A DNA stretch of 54,572 bases, from contig ML002262.1 in the NCBI GenBank assembly GCA_003614675.1, positions 1 through 54,572 of the forward strand, in the 5' to 3' direction. The number at the start of each line of letters is the position of its first letter. Position 1 is the stretch's first letter. The notes below the pieces were generated by a model, which was given only the letters and a program-made list of their open reading frames with translations, was not told the DNA's origin and ran no database searches. The position numbers and the translations under genes are program-made. This DNA is from Dimargaris cristalligena (Eukaryota). Shown piece after piece: positions 52,353 through 54,572 of the stretch.

Positions 52353-52423
52353 GGGTGAATGATAGAATTGAACTATCTCTTTAAGATCATGAGCCTTATG
52401 TGCAGCCTTAACACCTATTCACC
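52353..52423 (-). tRNA. trnM: tRNA-Met(CAU), TIR copy
   Basis: Mirror of 2150-2220. Confidence 0.85.
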
Positions 52424-52424
52424 T

Positions 52425-52497
52425 TAAGGAAAAGAAGAATTGAACTTCTACTTTAACCGTTATGAGCGGTTTGCTCTACCTATTAAGCTATTCCCTC
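52425..52497 (-). tRNA. trnM: tRNA-CAU (Met/Ile), TIR copy
   Basis: Mirror of 2076-2148. Confidence 0.88.
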
Positions 52498-52545
52498 TTT
52501 TAAGATATTATCAGATCAAAGCGTATATAAATTCATTGTGTTACT

Positions 52546-52626
52546 TGAGAAGTAAGGGATTCGAACCCTTTATGGTATTACCGCCTTTTTTACAGAAAGG
52601 TTGGAGATCCAAACTCCATACTTCTC
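52546..52626 (-). tRNA. trnY: tRNA-Tyr(GUA), TIR copy
   Basis: Mirror of 1947-2027. Confidence 0.92.
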
Positions 52627-52630
52627 TATT

Positions 52631-52713
52631 TACCTACTGAGGGAGTTGAACCCTCAACATCAAAGATGCGGCGCTTTTAAAGCGTCTGAGTTTACCAATT
52701 TCTCCAAGTAGGC
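52631..52713 (-). tRNA. trnL: tRNA-Leu(UAA), TIR copy
   Basis: Mirror of 1860-1942. Confidence 0.92.
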
Positions 52714-54572
52714 GTAAGTTAAAATGTGGATTGAATGCATATTCATTCTAATATTGTAAGTAAATTTTTATTTTTTATTTTAAGTACTTTAGTATGAATG
52801 AACTGGTCTGCAGGCAATCTCCCACCATAGGACCCATGCAAAAGCTATACTGATGGAATTGTTCTATTTATCTTTAACCAATCGTAGATTGTGCAGTAAA
52901 TATAATTAAAATACTTTTATTCCATATTCCCAATCGTAGATGTTATAATGTATCTGGCAATCCCAATCTTAGATTTGCTATAATATCCTTTTAAAAGAAG
53001 TAAATTTTGGTCCCATACTTTGTATATGTACTGAATGAATTTATGATAATAATAAACTGATAAACCATATTAAAAATATGGGGGTAGAGTATATTATGAT
53101 CCTATATATTTAAATTATCAATCTGCAGTACTTCGTACCCCACAATATTTATAATATTGGTGTTTTTATTTCATATCTAGAACCAATCATAGATTGGGGA
53201 GCAATATTTTCAATATTGTTTTTTAGTTAATTATATATTCATACCCACCAATTATAAAATATTAATTTTGGTCCCATTATATTATTGAAAATGGTAATAA
53301 TACAAAAAGAATTTTCCCATATCAGATACGCAATTACCCAAATCATAGATTTGCTTAACTGTTGGTTCCCACATTTATGTGTGTTTATATTTCTTAGTAC
53401 ATTTTCATTAATAATGGTAATATCTGTAGGAAACAAGCCAGTACTTTGTACATATTGGTTTATATATGATTGTATTATTTTTCAATTTGTCCTATTTAGT
53501 TGATTTATTAGATATTCCTCCTTTATGTTTTTATTTATATTTTACCTAATGTTCATAAATAGAAAAACCCAGGTTTTGCCCCTTTCCTTTTTACTTTATT
53601 AATTTCCAGAATGTTAGCCAATCTATGATTTTGAATATAATGGTATAAATGTTACATAAATATGTTGCCAATCGTAGATTTGGCGGGGATATGATACGAA
53701 GTATCGATAAACACACATAAATGTGGGAACCCCCCGTAGGGCGGTTAATAATGAATAAACATATTTTGATATAATTATCTTAGTAACACATTTATGTGTT
53801 TAAAGTACAAACTACTGGTAATTGAAAGCCAATCAACAAAGCAATACGAAGTATTGGGGGAAATAAATTAATTTTATAAATATGTGATTAAAAACGCTTA
53901 TATATATAAATTTAATATGAAATAATTCCTTCATAATCTTTAACATTTTTATAAATATTTAATCAAGTAACTTTAGTAATTTTGATTTTCCATTTTTCAT
54001 ATATTTTTTGTTAATGATGGGGCGAAACATATTGGAACAAATACAATTTATTTCATATCCATGTTCATTTTATTGTTTTAAATTTTAACCCATTTATAGG
54101 TACGGCACGGTGGAGTTAAGGTACAGGCCAGGTTTAGATATTTTATATAAACACACATAAATGTGGGGGGTTCACAATTTTTAAACCATGTTTATTGGAC
54201 TATCTATTGATTTCCTACTGATTGTTCATTGTTACATCATTAAGTTTTTTTCGGTTATTTTTTATATTTTTTTTTATGGTGGAACGGTTCCTAGTGATTG
54301 TGATAAATGTAATAACAACGAGGGGTGATATAATTATATTTTATCATTATATTCACGGGGCAACCGTAAAACAGCATAATTACATAATGGTGGTGGGGAG
54401 GATTAAACCATTTATCAAAGATAAACAAGATAAGAAGAATTATAAACAGTTTAAGAGAATATAAGTAATATTACTTAACATAAGAGCAAAATCTTTAAAT
54501 CAATTTTTCAATATGGCGGTGTAAAAATTTTTAAAAATTTTTATTTGAATTTTTAAAAATTAAAATATTGGG

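Larger units (their letters stand above)
50956..54569. repeat. Right terminal inverted repeat (TIR)
   Basis: Reverse complement of 4-3617. Confidence 0.98.

Overview
This window looks like a complete linear fungal mitochondrial chromosome. It is very AT-rich and uses UGA=Trp, so the supplied ORF track fragments the real genes. It is bounded by ~3.6-kb terminal inverted repeats (4-3617 / 50956-54569), each carrying 15 tRNA genes and the 5' end of nad3. The unique core holds only four intact respiratory genes: nad4L, cox1, nad4 and nad3. cox1 has 17 exons and 16 introns (2 group II with intact RT/maturase/HNH ORFs, 14 group I, four of them with LAGLIDADG ORFs). nad3 is split by a 108-nt group I intron. 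Five more tRNAs lie outside the repeats. I found no rRNAs, cob, cox2/3, atp6/8/9 or intact nad1/2/5/6, so this is probably one chromosome of a multipartite genome. About 25 kb is decayed DNA: Pezizomycotina-like nad2/nad3 pseudogenes, plasmid-type RNA polymerase debris, and dead group II introns and LAGLIDADG genes, peppered with short hairpin elements. Main highlights: (1) ultra-small group I introns (108, 119, 187 nt) with a catalytically degenerate but open LAGLIDADG ORF as candidate trans-maturase; (2) three orphan membrane-protein ORFs sharing an upstream motif, two copies forming an inner inverted pair around the core; (3) C(RNA)G-triloop hairpin elements (R = A/G, N = any base) and copied hairpin snippets; (4) a group I intron apparently lacking its terminal G. 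All calls are by eye; no searches were run.
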